Notes: a model not told the origin generated them from the sequence alone. DNA of 64,000 bases from an uncultured delta proteobacterium (GCA_963737265.1 CAVTRY010000021.1:32001-96000); one strand, 5' to 3'. Positions 51,581 to 62,041 are shown, counted from the stretch's first letter. Program-made: numbers and translations.

Positions 51581-54500
51581 ATGAGTGAGCGCACGGCGCA
51601 GGCGGGTTCCGTTCTTTCGGTGCGGGAAATCTACCGCGGCCGGCACGTGTTCGTGCTGGGCGGCACCGGCTTCCTCGGCAAGGTGCTGCTCAGCATGTTG
51701 CTGCACAACTTTCCCGACATCGGCCGCGTCTACGTCATGGTCCGGCGTGGAACCGGGACGTCGAGCGAGGCGCGCTTTTGGGAGCAAGTCGTTCCATCGC
51801 ACCCCTTCGATCCGCTGCGCGAGGTGTACGGCGATCCGGAAAAGCTGCGCGCCTTCATCCAGGCAAAGGTACGCGTGGTGGACGGCGACATCACCGAGGC
51901 GAACCTCGGATTGTCGGAAGAAGAAGCCGCCGCCGTGGCCGCCGATATCGACGTGGTGATCAATTCGTCGGGCAAGGTGACCTTCAATCCGCCGCTCGAA
52001 TCCGCGCTGCGTACCAACGTGCAGGGCACCCGCAACGTCATCGCCTTCGTCAAGCGCATGAAGCGGCCGGCGCTCATCCACACCAGCACCTGCTTCGTCG
52101 CCGGCAACCGCAGCGGCGAGATTTGGGAAAGCGAGACTCTTGACGGCTATTTCCCGCGCGCAGGTGAGCTGCCCGCGACCAAGTTCAACGTCGAGCAGGA
52201 GGTCGCCGACTGCGCGCGCATCGCCGCCGAGGTGCGCGCCCAGGCCGACGACGCGCAAGTCGTGGCCCGCCTGCGCCAGCGCGCGCGCGATTCTCTGCGC
52301 GCCGCCAAGCGCGATCCCGACGACGAGGCCACGCTCAAGATGGGCCTCGCGCGCGAACGCAAGGATTGGGTGCGCAGCGAGCTGACGGAGCGAGGCATCG
52401 AGCGGGCCAAGGAGTGGGGCTGGCCCAACATCTATACGTACACCAAGAGTATCGGCGACCAGCTCGTCGCGCGCGAGACCGGCGTGGTCCGTTCGATCGT
52501 GCGTCCTGCCATCGTCGAAAGCTCGATCGCCTATCCGTTCCAGGGCTGGAACGAAGGCTACACGACGTCGGCGCCGCTGGTGTACTTGGCGCTCAAGGGC
52601 CAGAACAAGCTGCCCGTCTCCGAATCGCTGATTCTCGACGTGGTGCCGGTGGATTACATCGCGGGAGGCATGCTGATGGTTGCGGCGCAGGCGTGCGTGG
52701 AAGCGCCGGCGCTCGTGCACCAACTGGCGAGCGGCGATCTCAATCCCTCGCGCATCGGCCGCGTGACGACGCTCACTGGGCTTTACAAGCGCCAGCGTTT
52801 CCAAAGCAAGGAAACCGGCAACAAGTTCCTCAACGAGCTGGCCGCGCGCATGGAATTCCGGCCGGTAAGCTACGACGACTACGACCGCACGTCGTTGCCT
52901 CTCGTCAGCCGGGCGACCGAGCGGATTTCCGATGCGCTCGACCAGGTCCGGCCAAGATGGGGGGGCGGACGCTTTGCCAACTGGGTCGACCAGGTGAAGA
53001 AGAAAGTCGACAACCTCAAACGCATTACTCAAGACGCCAGCCGGGACATCGATCTGTTCCGTCCCTTCATTCTCGACAACGCCTACGTTTTGCGCGCCGA
53101 CAACATTCGCGCGCTTCGCGATCGCGTGCCGCCCGAGGAGCGTCCGCTGGTTCCGTGGTCGCCCGAAACCATCGACTGGTACGACTACTTCATGAACATT
53201 CACTTCCCGGGCTTGCAGAAGTGGGTGTTGCCCGAGCTCGACGAGACCTACGCGCCCAAGCCCAAGACTGTCTACGCCTATCGCGATCTCATCGAGCTTT
53301 TCGATACCACGACCAAGCTGCACGCCACGCGCGTGGCGATGCGCATGGAACGGGGCGGGCGCCAGGAATCGTACAGCTATCGCGATCTGCAAGAGCTGGC
53401 CACGCGGGCGGGAACCTTCCTAGTCGGCAAGTCGGTCAAGCCCGGCGACCGCGTGATCCTGTTCGCCAAGAATTCCCCCGAATGGGCCATGTGCTATTTC
53501 GGAATTCTCAAGGCCGGCGCCACCGCGGTGCCGGTGGCCCATGATTCGACCGCCGCCGAGGTGGTGAACATCGCGCGCGCGGCCGGTGCGACCGGCCTGA
53601 TTTCGGGCGAGGATTTGCTGGAAAAGCGGCCAACGCTGGCGCGCGAGCTCGCCGACGCGGGGCTGCCGACAGCAATCTGGCCGTTCGGGGCGGTGTTTGA
53701 GCTGCTCGATGAAGCGGTGGAGAACGAGCGCAAGAAGTCGCTCGTCGCCAAGCACGCAATCGACTCGGTGGCGTCGCTCATCTTCACGTCTGGCACCACG
53801 GGTCAGCCCAAGGGCGTGATGCTCACGCACCGCAACTTCACCTTCATGGTGTCCGAGCTGTCGCGCATCTTCGACGTCGGTACCAGCGACTGCATGCTGT
53901 CGGTGCTGCCGCTGCACCACACCTTCGAGTTCACCGCCGGCTTGCTCATGCCGCTCTCGCACGGGACGCGCATTACCTATCTGCCCGATCTCACCGGCGA
54001 CACCATCAACAACACGCTCAAGACCGGCAAGATCACCGCCATCGTGGGCGTGCCCGCGTTGTGGGAAACCCTGCGCCGCCGCGTGCTCCAGCGTTTTTCG
54101 GACAAGTCCGAGATCCTCGAATCCGCGGTCAAGGCCTTGGCCGACGCCAACTTCGTGCTACGTGCGCGCACCGGGCTCGACCTCGGCATGTTCCTGTTCC
54201 TACCCGTGCACGAAAAGCTGGGCGGGCGCATTCGCTACATGATCAGTGGCGGCTCGGCGCTGCCGCCCGACGTGCTCAAGACGTTTTACGGCATGGGCTT
54301 CGATTTCTTCGAGGGCTATGGCCTGACCGAAACCTCGCCGGTGCTTTCCGTGAGCACGCCCAAGCAGCGGCCCATCGCTGGCTCGGTCGGGCAGCCGCTG
54401 GCCGGGGTCGAGGTCAAGATCGACAGCCCCGACGATGCCGGCGTGGGCGAGGTCATAGCGCGCGGCAAGAACGTGATGGCCGGGTACTGGAAGGACGAGG

Positions 54501-56053
54501 AAAGCACTAACCAGGTCATTCGCGACGGCTGGTTCCGCACCGGCGACCTCGGCCGCTTCGACGAAGACGGAAATCTGTATATCGTGGGGCGCTCCAAGGA
54601 CGTCATCATCGATGCCAATGGCAAGAACGTCTATCCCGACGAAGTCGAGGAGCTCTACAAGGATTCTCCCTACATCAAGGAACTGTCCGTGGTGGGGCTG
54701 CCCGACGGCGTGGCCGAACACGTCGCCTGCGCCGTGGTGCCAGACTTCCTCCACGAGCCGGCGCTGTCGCTCGCCGAGGTCAAACAAAGGCTCGAAGTCC
54801 ACTTCCGCGAAGTGTCGACATCGCTGCCATTCTGGAAGCGCGTGCGCACCCTGGAATTCTGGGAAGGCGAGCTGCCGCGTACGAGCACCAAAAAGGTCAA
54901 GCGGCGCGAGGTCGCGGCCGAGCTGCGCACTCGTCATGATAAGGCGCAGTCGGAGCGAGCGGTCGGCGAGGGCATCCGCAACGCCGAGGCCAACCACAGC
55001 TGGTTTCTGGAAATCGTGGCGAACGCCTGCGGCAAGCCCTATTCCGAAGTCCACATGGCAAGCTTGCTCGACGAGCTGGGCTTCGACAGCCTGACCTACA
55101 ACGAGCTCGCCGCCGGTCTGGAGAACGCCGACGTTCACGTGCCGGAAGGCGTGGTCTTCGCCAGCGCCCACGACGTGGCGACGCTGTTCGACATGGTCAC
55201 CGGCAAGCGCCACTCCGCCTCGCAGGAGAAGCGCGAGAGCCGCAAGCAGGCCGACAGCAGCGGCGACGACGATATCAAGCTGCCCTCGCCCATCGCGCAC
55301 CTCGGCAAACGCGGCCTGGCCAAGGCGCAGCGCATGTTCTACACCCGGGCGCTGCAGACCAAGGTGCGCGGCGAGGCGTACATTCCGCAGCACACCAATT
55401 TCATCGTGGCCGCCAATCACTCGTCCCACCTTGACATGGGCGTTATCAAGGTCGCGCTGGGCGACGCCGGTCACGAGCTGGCCTCGCTCGCCGCCGCCGA
55501 CTACTTCTTCTCGAACAAATGGCGGCGCGCCTACTTCAAGAACCTAACCAATCTCGTGCCCATGGAGCGCAGCGGCTCTATTCGCAAGTCGCTCGTCATC
55601 GCCGAGCGCGTGCTCCGCGGCGGCAAGAGCCTGGTGCTGTTTCCCGAGGGTACGCGCTCACGCACCGGGGTGATGGCCGACTTTCTGCCCAGCCTTGGCT
55701 ACTTGGCGCTTCACGCCGACGCCGGAGTTCTGCCCGCCCACATCGAAGGCGCCCACGCCGCCATGCCGGTGGGCGCGACCATCCCAAAGAAGCGCGATCT
55801 CGGCGTCTACTTCGGTCCCTTCCTGACCATCGATTTCCTGCGTCAGCTCACCCAAGGCCTGTCCCATCAGGAAGCCTGGCGCATGTGCTCGGCCCTGACC
55901 CAGCGGATCATCGAGAACCTGCGCGACGGGGTCACGCCTCGTTTCGACGTGGAAAGCGTGCTCGCGGCCTGGGACGGTCAGAAGCTGGGACCGCTTGTTT
56001 CTCCGCCGTTCCGCGCCGGCAAGCGGCTGGGTCTGACTGGGAGGTCGCCGTGA
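51581..56053 (+). CDS. elbD: multifunctional fatty acyl reductase / adenylation / ACP / acyltransferase (ether-lipid synthase ElbD-like)
   Basis: GGTGFLG and YTYTK (FAR), TSGTTGQPKG, GYGLTE, RTGD (A domain), LGFDSL (ACP), NHSSHLD and FPEGTRS (PlsC). Confidence 0.88.
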   Translation: MSERTAQAGSVLSVREIYRGRHVFVLGGTGFLGKVLLSMLLHNFPDIGRVYVMVRRGTGTSSEARFWEQVVPSHPFDPLREVYGDPEKLRAFIQAKVRVVDGDITEANLGLSEEEAAAVAADIDVVINSSGKVTFNPPLESALRTNVQGTRNVIAFVKRMKRPALIHTSTCFVAGNRSGEIWESETLDGYFPRAGELPATKFNVEQEVADCARIAAEVRAQADDAQVVARLRQRARDSLRAAKRDPDDEATLKMGLARERKDWVRSELTERGIERAKEWGWPNIYTYTKSIGDQLVARETGVVRSIVRPAIVESSIAYPFQGWNEGYTTSAPLVYLALKGQNKLPVSESLILDVVPVDYIAGGMLMVAAQACVEAPALVHQLASGDLNPSRIGRVTTLTGLYKRQRFQSKETGNKFLNELAARMEFRPVSYDDYDRTSLPLVSRATERISDALDQVRPRWGGGRFANWVDQVKKKVDNLKRITQDASRDIDLFRPFILDNAYVLRADNIRALRDRVPPEERPLVPWSPETIDWYDYFMNIHFPGLQKWVLPELDETYAPKPKTVYAYRDLIELFDTTTKLHATRVAMRMERGGRQESYSYRDLQELATRAGTFLVGKSVKPGDRVILFAKNSPEWAMCYFGILKAGATAVPVAHDSTAAEVVNIARAAGATGLISGEDLLEKRPTLARELADAGLPTAIWPFGAVFELLDEAVENERKKSLVAKHAIDSVASLIFTSGTTGQPKGVMLTHRNFTFMVSELSRIFDVGTSDCMLSVLPLHHTFEFTAGLLMPLSHGTRITYLPDLTGDTINNTLKTGKITAIVGVPALWETLRRRVLQRFSDKSEILESAVKALADANFVLRARTGLDLGMFLFLPVHEKLGGRIRYMISGGSALPPDVLKTFYGMGFDFFEGYGLTETSPVLSVSTPKQRPIAGSVGQPLAGVEVKIDSPDDAGVGEVIARGKNVMAGYWKDEESTNQVIRDGWFRTGDLGRFDEDGNLYIVGRSKDVIIDANGKNVYPDEVEELYKDSPYIKELSVVGLPDGVAEHVACAVVPDFLHEPALSLAEVKQRLEVHFREVSTSLPFWKRVRTLEFWEGELPRTSTKKVKRREVAAELRTRHDKAQSERAVGEGIRNAEANHSWFLEIVANACGKPYSEVHMASLLDELGFDSLTYNELAAGLENADVHVPEGVVFASAHDVATLFDMVTGKRHSASQEKRESRKQADSSGDDDIKLPSPIAHLGKRGLAKAQRMFYTRALQTKVRGEAYIPQHTNFIVAANHSSHLDMGVIKVALGDAGHELASLAAADYFFSNKWRRAYFKNLTNLVPMERSGSIRKSLVIAERVLRGGKSLVLFPEGTRSRTGVMADFLPSLGYLALHADAGVLPAHIEGAHAAMPVGATIPKKRDLGVYFGPFLTIDFLRQLTQGLSHQEAWRMCSALTQRIIENLRDGVTPRFDVESVLAAWDGQKLGPLVSPPFRAGKRLGLTGRSP

Positions 56054-57066
56054 AGATCCTGGTGACCGGAGGCACGGGCTTTCTCGGCAACCACTTCCTG
56101 TCCGAGCTGTGCCAGCGCGTGGACAGCGCGGATATCCGCGTGTTGTCTTTGTTCAACACCCCGGCGCTGGATGCCAGCGGGGTCGAGGTCATTGTCGGCA
56201 CCGTGACCTCCGCCGCGGACGTGGCGCGCGCCATGGAAGGGATCACCCACGTCTATCACTTGGCGGGCTTCGTCTCGCGCAAACCGGAGGATGCGCACCT
56301 GATGTTCCAGGTCCACGTCGACGGCACCCGCCTGGTGTGCCAGGCCGCGGTCCAAGCCGGGGTAAAGCGCATCCTTATGTCGTCCACAAGCGGCACCATC
56401 GCGATTTCCGAACGCGACGACGAATGGCCCGACGAAACCTCGACGCCGCCCATGGCGCTCGTCACGCGCTGGGGCTACTACACCAGCAAGCTCTATCAAG
56501 AGGCGACGGCGAGGCGATTCTGCGGCGATAGGGTCGAGCTCGTGATGGTGAATCCGGGCTTGCTGCTCGGGCCGGGCGACGAGCGCATCGGCTCGACGCG
56601 CGAGGTGGTGTCTTTCCTGGCCGGGGATGTGCGCGTGGTGCCGCCGGGCGGAATCAACTTCGTCGACGCGCGCGATGTGGCAGCCGCGATCCCGGTGGCC
56701 ATGGAGAAAGGCAGGCCGGGCGAGCGCTATTTGCTCGGCGGTCACAACATGACCTTCGCCGAGTATTTCGACCGCATGGAGCGCTTGAGCAAAGAGTACA
56801 CGGCGCGGATCAAGTTGAAGGGAGACTGGCCCTGGCTCGCCGTGCGAGCCCAGTCGGCGGTCTTCAAGATTTTCGGGCGCACACCGCCCATTGAGCCAGC
56901 CGCGGCCGATCAGGCCAAGTACTTCTGGTATTTCCACAGTGACAAGGCGAGGCGCGAGCTCGGCTTTGCCCCGCGCGAGGCGAGCGCCACCATCTTCGAC
57001 ACCATCGAATACGTACGCGAGCACCACATGGGCAACGGGGCGTTCAAGAAGACATCAAGGGGCTAG
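56050..57066 (+). CDS. NAD-dependent epimerase/dehydratase (elb cluster)
   Basis: TGGTGFLG, HLAG, YYTSK, VDARDVA, GERYLLGG; GTGA overlap with elbD. Confidence 0.9.
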   Translation: MKILVTGGTGFLGNHFLSELCQRVDSADIRVLSLFNTPALDASGVEVIVGTVTSAADVARAMEGITHVYHLAGFVSRKPEDAHLMFQVHVDGTRLVCQAAVQAGVKRILMSSTSGTIAISERDDEWPDETSTPPMALVTRWGYYTSKLYQEATARRFCGDRVELVMVNPGLLLGPGDERIGSTREVVSFLAGDVRVVPPGGINFVDARDVAAAIPVAMEKGRPGERYLLGGHNMTFAEYFDRMERLSKEYTARIKLKGDWPWLAVRAQSAVFKIFGRTPPIEPAAADQAKYFWYFHSDKARRELGFAPREASATIFDTIEYVREHHMGNGAFKKTSRG

Positions 57067-57216
57067 CAGCCCGTGGTAAAAGTCTCCACGTCGCCGTTCG
57101 GGCGGATTTGGGCCGTCTGCTGCGTCGCCGCTCGCTTGAATACCTCTAGTATTCGGCGCTTCGCTGCTCCTTGCATCCGGCCCAAATCCACTCCGAACGG
57201 CTCGGTCCGCATTTCC
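57063..57216. mobile_element. palindromic MITE body lacking its second terminal arm
   Basis: CTAG-ended arm; nested inverted repeats CCGTTCGG..GGATTTGGGCCG / CGGCCCAAATCC..CCGAACGG and GAATAC/GTATTC; cut by ISL3. Confidence 0.8.
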
Positions 57217-58707
57217 CGCCCATCACGCTTTCGGGTGAGCTTCCGTCGAGGGTCAGTGGCAGCATGAGAAATACAGGATCTGCATGAGGTTGTCGGGGTT
57301 GCGGTAGCCGTGGCCACGCTGGCTGATGCCGCGAACACGTGAATTGTTGCCTTCGAGGGCTGCGTTGGAAAGACCGTGCTTGGCCCAGGCAATAACGCCC
57401 GACCAATGGCGCTTAATCATGTTCCAGAATCGCTTCAACGAGCCAAGTCGTTGCCAGCGTAATAGGCGACGCCAGTGGTCGAGTGCTGCAGCCATACCGA
57501 CCTCAGTGTGATAGCCCCATACGACGTCGAACTGCTCCTTGAGCAGGTACGCTACCTGGAGACGTCGGTTGAGGCGGAATAGCTCGTCAAGCTCGCGACG
57601 GCGACGCCAGTGAAGACGACGACGCTTCTTGAGCAGGAGGAACTTCTTGCCTCGGATGGCCTCGCGATACAGGCCACCCTTGCGCCAAAATTCCGCCTTG
57701 CGGACCTGGTCGACGGCGTCGGTGAGGTGGTGCTCGATGTGGAATCGGTCGAAGACGAGGTCAGCCTGTGGGGCATGTTCGCAGATGGCGTTGATGTAGC
57801 CTTGGGCCATGTCCAGCGTGACTGCCACCAGCCGATGCGACCGGCGCGGTCCCAGCTTCACGAAAAACTGCTTGAGTGTTTCCTCCTGCTTGCCCTCGCC
57901 GATCCAAACCACGTGTCCGGCCTCGTGGTCCCAGACGATGGTCAGATACTTGTTCTGGCCTCGGCCGTAGCTGACCTCGTCGACGCCGATGATGCGAAGC
58001 TTGCGATGGAAGCGGCGCTCAACCGCATCCTCGACCCAGTGGGTGATGAGGCGCATGACGGTAGTCCAGTGCAGCCCGAGTTGGCGGCACACGCCGGCAA
58101 TGGAAGTCGTGCGGGCACGCCGCAGGACCTCCGCCTCGAACATGTGAGTCATGCGCGAGCCGGTGCGCGCCCACGGGACCTGTTCGACCCGGATCCCACA
58201 GCGGCGACAGCGCACGCGCCGCAGAGGCGCGATGACGACCGTGCGGATGCCCCAACCGTCGAGATGACGCCAGGCCCGGGCGCAATTCTTGATATCCAGC
58301 GCGCAGCGCTTGGTCTCTCCACAGCCGGAGCACACAGCCGACTGCCTGGTCGGATACAGGTGTACATGCCAGGAGCCATCGGTACCGCTGTAGCTGTCGA
58401 AACTGACACGCCAGCCGTTTGCAATGGCCAGCTGCAATGCCAAAATACCAGGGACGGACGTTCGTTGGGAGTTCCTCGTGATTTGCATAAACCCGAAGGA
58501 TCACCGACGGACGTCCACTTTTCATTTCGCGCACCGTCGCGCGCGGCGACGAGATCCTCGTCGTCGCATAGCAGCACCTGAGCCGCCAGCGAGGAGGCCG
58601 TCACCCGTAGGGCCGGAGCGAAGCGGAGGAGGCGCGAAGCGCCTTGCCGGCCCCCGGAGCGGCGGCTACGCCGTTGCCTTCGCAATCACCCGAACGCGCG
58701 ATGAACC
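57217..58707 (-). mobile_element. ISL3-family insertion sequence, copy 2 (inverted)
   Basis: Reverse complement of 33486-34976; two substitutions noticed (58647, 58021). Confidence 0.93.
57253..58488 (-). CDS. ISL3 family transposase
   Basis: Protein identical to 33705-34940. Confidence 0.95.
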   Translation of the reverse strand: MQITRNSQRTSVPGILALQLAIANGWRVSFDSYSGTDGSWHVHLYPTRQSAVCSGCGETKRCALDIKNCARAWRHLDGWGIRTVVIAPLRRVRCRRCGIRVEQVPWARTGSRMTHMFEAEVLRRARTTSIAGVCRQLGLHWTTVMRLITHWVEDAVERRFHRKLRIIGVDEVSYGRGQNKYLTIVWDHEAGHVVWIGEGKQEETLKQFFVKLGPRRSHRLVAVTLDMAQGYINAICEHAPQADLVFDRFHIEHHLTDAVDQVRKAEFWRKGGLYREAIRGKKFLLLKKRRRLHWRRRRELDELFRLNRRLQVAYLLKEQFDVVWGYHTEVGMAAALDHWRRLLRWQRLGSLKRFWNMIKRHWSGVIAWAKHGLSNAALEGNNSRVRGISQRGHGYRNPDNLMQILYFSCCH

Positions 58708-59664
58708 CGATTTTGTCGATCTGAGTGGGGCCGCCACAGGTTCCCGAGGTCGGGTCGCAGGATCCGGCATTGTGGCACCCGTCAGCCCCGCCACAGGTGA
58801 CGGGGTTGCCGCCCATGCAGACACCGAGCAGACAAGTGTCGGTCTGCGTGCAGGCATTGCCGTCGTTGCAGGCCGTTCCGTCTTGCGCTGGCGGGTTGGT
58901 GCACGCGCCGGAGCCAGGATCGCAGACTCCGAGATGACACTGGTCGCCGGGGGCGCAGGTCATGAGGTTGGTTCCGGTGCAGGTCCCGCCCTGACAGCTA
59001 TCCGTCTGAGTGCATGCATTCCCGTCGTCACACGTGGTTCCGTCTCCCTTCGCCGGATTGCTGCACTGGCCGCTGGTGATATCGCAAATCCCGGCGTTAT
59101 GGCACTGATCGCTTGCGCTGCACTGGGTGGCTCGGTTGGGGTCGGGAGTGCAGACCTTGTTCTGGCAGGTGTCGCCCCAGGTGCAGGGGTTGCCGTCGGA
59201 GCAAACGGTTCCGTTGGGATACTTGGCGCTGGTGCAATCGACGGAGCCGCGGCAGCCCGTGCACTTGTAGACCTGGTCGGCGACTTCTTTGCTGGCGGTG
59301 CCCCACGGGTTGAGCACGTTCACGCCGCACACGTCGTCGGGGCCGCCGCAGGTTTCGGGGCTGCAGCCGTGGGCGGCGTAGCAGTCGAGGTAGGCGCTGC
59401 AGCCGGTCCGGTCGCTTGGGTTTGGCCGGTGCAGAAGGCGCCGCAGGTCGTGGTGCGCCAGCTCTGCACGCAGGTGTTGGTGCTGGGCGCCGTCACCGCA
59501 ACGTTATCGGCCTCGAACGAGGCGCCCACGCTGCCCACGCCGGTCGAGCCGCCGTCACACGAGGTGTCGACCTGCGACAGCAGCGGATTGCCGCCGCCCA
59601 CGTAGGCATTGATGGTCGTGCCGATCATCTCCAGCTTCACGTCGTACCAGGTACCGGCGTTTGC
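58708..59664 (-). pseudogene. middle fragment of a large modular gene: end of lectin-like domain plus Cys-rich repeats
   Basis: GTWYDVKLEMIG..., three C(S/D/N)DGN(P/A)CT..D.C..G/K.C repeats; 1-bp frameshift near 59417; bounded by IS21 and ISL3. Confidence 0.8.
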
Positions 59665-59697
59665 TGGACGTCAACTACATTCACCCGGTGACGTCAA

Positions 59698-60545
59698 TTA
59701 CATCGCCCCATTGTTGTCGGGGGTAGTTGTCGTTGGTTGATCGGTAGTTGTCGTAGTTGTCGCTGGGGTGGTGACGCCTCTCTTTCGTGCTTCTTCGCTG
59801 CGGTAGCTGGGGCCGGTCATCTCAAGGATGACCGCGTGGTGGACCAGTCGGTCGATGGCGGCGGCGGTGGTCATGGGATCCTTGAAAATGCGGATCCAAT
59901 CGCTGAAGACCAGGTTGCTGGTGATGAGGACGCTCTTGCGTTCGTACCGCTCGGCCAGGAAGGTGAAAAGGACCTCCATTTCATCGCGGCTCTGCTGGAC
60001 GTAGCCGATGTCGTCGAGGATCACGGCGTGATAGATGTCGAGCGCGGCCAGTTCTCGTTCCAGGCGAAGGTCGCGCTTGGCGGCCAGCAGCCTGGACAAG
60101 CGCGAAGGTCGGCGTGAAGAGGACCCGGTAGCCGCGCCGGATGAGTTCGTGGCCGATGGCAGCCACAACGTGACTTTTGCCTCGGCCGGGCAGTCCGAAG
60201 ACGAGCAGGTTCTCCCCACGTTCGACAAAGCCACCCTCACACAGGCTCGCCATCTGCTTCATCACCTTGGGTGACAGCCGACCACGTTCCAGGGTGGCCA
60301 GGGTTTTCTCCGTGGGAAGGTCCGAATCGCGAAGCGCGCGATCGATGCGACGGGTTCGGCGCTCTTCGATTTCCAGTTCGGCCAGGTGCTGGAGGTATTG
60401 GCTGAAGGTCCACCCCTCGCGGCTGGCCTTGATCGCGATCTCCTCGGCGTGCCGGGTGAAGGCAGGCAGCTTGAGCGCGCGCAGAAGCACCAGCAGAGCG
60501 TTCGAGCGCGCTCGGCTTGACCGTGTCTACGGAGACGTTGGTCAT
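59698..60545 (-). pseudogene. istB: IS21 helper ATPase IstB with two apparent frameshifts (~60497, ~60091)
   Basis: GLPGRGKSH, ILDDIGY, ITSN, AAIDRLVHH split over three frames; ATGA overlap with istA. Confidence 0.85.
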
Positions 60546-62041
60546 GATGCCACCTGTTCGAGGAGCAGGTCGTAGGACGCGAGATCGACCAGCGGTGCTT
60601 CGAGCGCGGGGACGCTCGGTGGATAGGTACTGTCCGTCGCCTGTGTGCATCTCTTCTTGGTTGCATCCGCCGTCAAGATGGTCCCATCGGCAAGCAGAGT
60701 CGTGAGCGCTTGCTCGACATCGGCTTCCATCGTGCTGGCGGCCAGGTGAAGAATGCGCAGGTATTCAACGTCGCCTTTGATTCCAGGCTTGGTCGCCTGG
60801 ATCGCGTCGTATGCCCGCCTGAAAGTCACGCTTGGAAACAGCTCTTCTCGGTAGACGTAGCGAGAAAACGCGCCCGGCTTGCGCACCAAAGACCAGATGA
60901 CGTGCCGGTAGTCGATGCGCGCGGTCTTGCCTCGCAGCCTGTCGCAGGCCAATTCCAAGTTGTCGGCGTAGTACACCTCGATTCGGTGCTCGAACACGCG
61001 GACTCTCACCCGTGCGCCGATCAGCCTCGACGGCACCGAGTAGGCGCACGACTTGACCCGGATGGTGCTCGTCGACGCCACAGGTGCCGTCATTTCTGCG
61101 TACTCCGGCAAACGCTCCACCACCAGCGGCCGCATGGCTTCGATCTCCTCGGCGACGCGCGGGCCTCGCGAAGCGTTGGCTTTGCGGACCACCTTGGCTA
61201 CGAAGCGTTCGTAGTCGTCTTGGTCCGCGAAGTCGCGGCTGCCACGCACCAGCAACGCTTGTTCAAGCCGACGCTTGAGCGCGCCGTTGCTGGCCTCCAC
61301 ATCGCCGTTTTGTTCCTTGGCCCCGACGGCTGTAGTTCGTGCCTCCATTCCGAGGTGCCGCATGACCGCCTTGTATTCATCGTTGAAAGTGCGATCTTCC
61401 GCATCGCGAGCGATCTGATGTGTCGCCGCCGTCGAGTGGTCGGTTTGGTGGTATCGCGGCACCCGCCCAAGCTGGAACAGCGCCGACTGGATCCCTCGCC
61501 GAAGCGCTGCCAGAGACTCCGACAGACACGCGGTCGCCCATTGCCAGTTCGAGTACGGCAGCACCGTCACGCACAAAAGGTGCACAAATAGCTGGCCCAC
61601 GATCGTCACACCAAGCTCCGCCGTCGACGTGAAGTCGGTTTGCGCGGCTTCACCGGGCCGATGCGCCTGCGTGAACCAAATCTCACGCGCAGGACCATGC
61701 TCGGCCCGCCAGCGACGGATTCGCCGCTGCATTGTCCGAAGATGGCTCTCGTTGTACCGCCCTGGCTGCTTCGCCTCCAGCAGCTCCAGCACCGTCTGAG
61801 CCTCCAGCCCAGGCGTTTCCTCCAGCAACTTGGCCACGGCTGGCCAGTCCTCGGCGAACGCGTCAGGGCGCGTCCGCCACCACCGCGGCTGCCGTAGCTC
61901 CGACGGTAGCTTGCCCGCGGCGATGTATCGCCGCCCTGTCTTCCGGTCCATGCCCGCCTTCATGGCGGCCTGGCCTACTTTTCCAATCTTGCTCATCTCT
62001 TCCATCAAACGCCTCACTTGGGCGTCGGTGACCGGCTTCAA
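60542..62041 (-). CDS. istA: IS21 transposase IstA
   Basis: HTH, AQTDFT, QTDH, NGDVEA, YSVPSRLIG. Confidence 0.93.
   Translation of the reverse strand: MKPVTDAQVRRLMEEMSKIGKVGQAAMKAGMDRKTGRRYIAAGKLPSELRQPRWWRTRPDAFAEDWPAVAKLLEETPGLEAQTVLELLEAKQPGRYNESHLRTMQRRIRRWRAEHGPAREIWFTQAHRPGEAAQTDFTSTAELGVTIVGQLFVHLLCVTVLPYSNWQWATACLSESLAALRRGIQSALFQLGRVPRYHQTDHSTAATHQIARDAEDRTFNDEYKAVMRHLGMEARTTAVGAKEQNGDVEASNGALKRRLEQALLVRGSRDFADQDDYERFVAKVVRKANASRGPRVAEEIEAMRPLVVERLPEYAEMTAPVASTSTIRVKSCAYSVPSRLIGARVRVRVFEHRIEVYYADNLELACDRLRGKTARIDYRHVIWSLVRKPGAFSRYVYREELFPSVTFRRAYDAIQATKPGIKGDVEYLRILHLAASTMEADVEQALTTLLADGTILTADATKKRCTQATDSTYPPSVPALEAPLVDLASYDLLLEQVAS

Noticed and set aside
51581-56053. Multidomain A-ACP-reductase protein as a novel NRPS
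   Set aside because: No condensation domain; architecture matches the described ElbD lipid enzyme
34977-57216. Composite transposon carrying foreign cargo
   Set aside because: Contents are core genes and the flanks show rearrangement in place, not insertion with a shared target duplication
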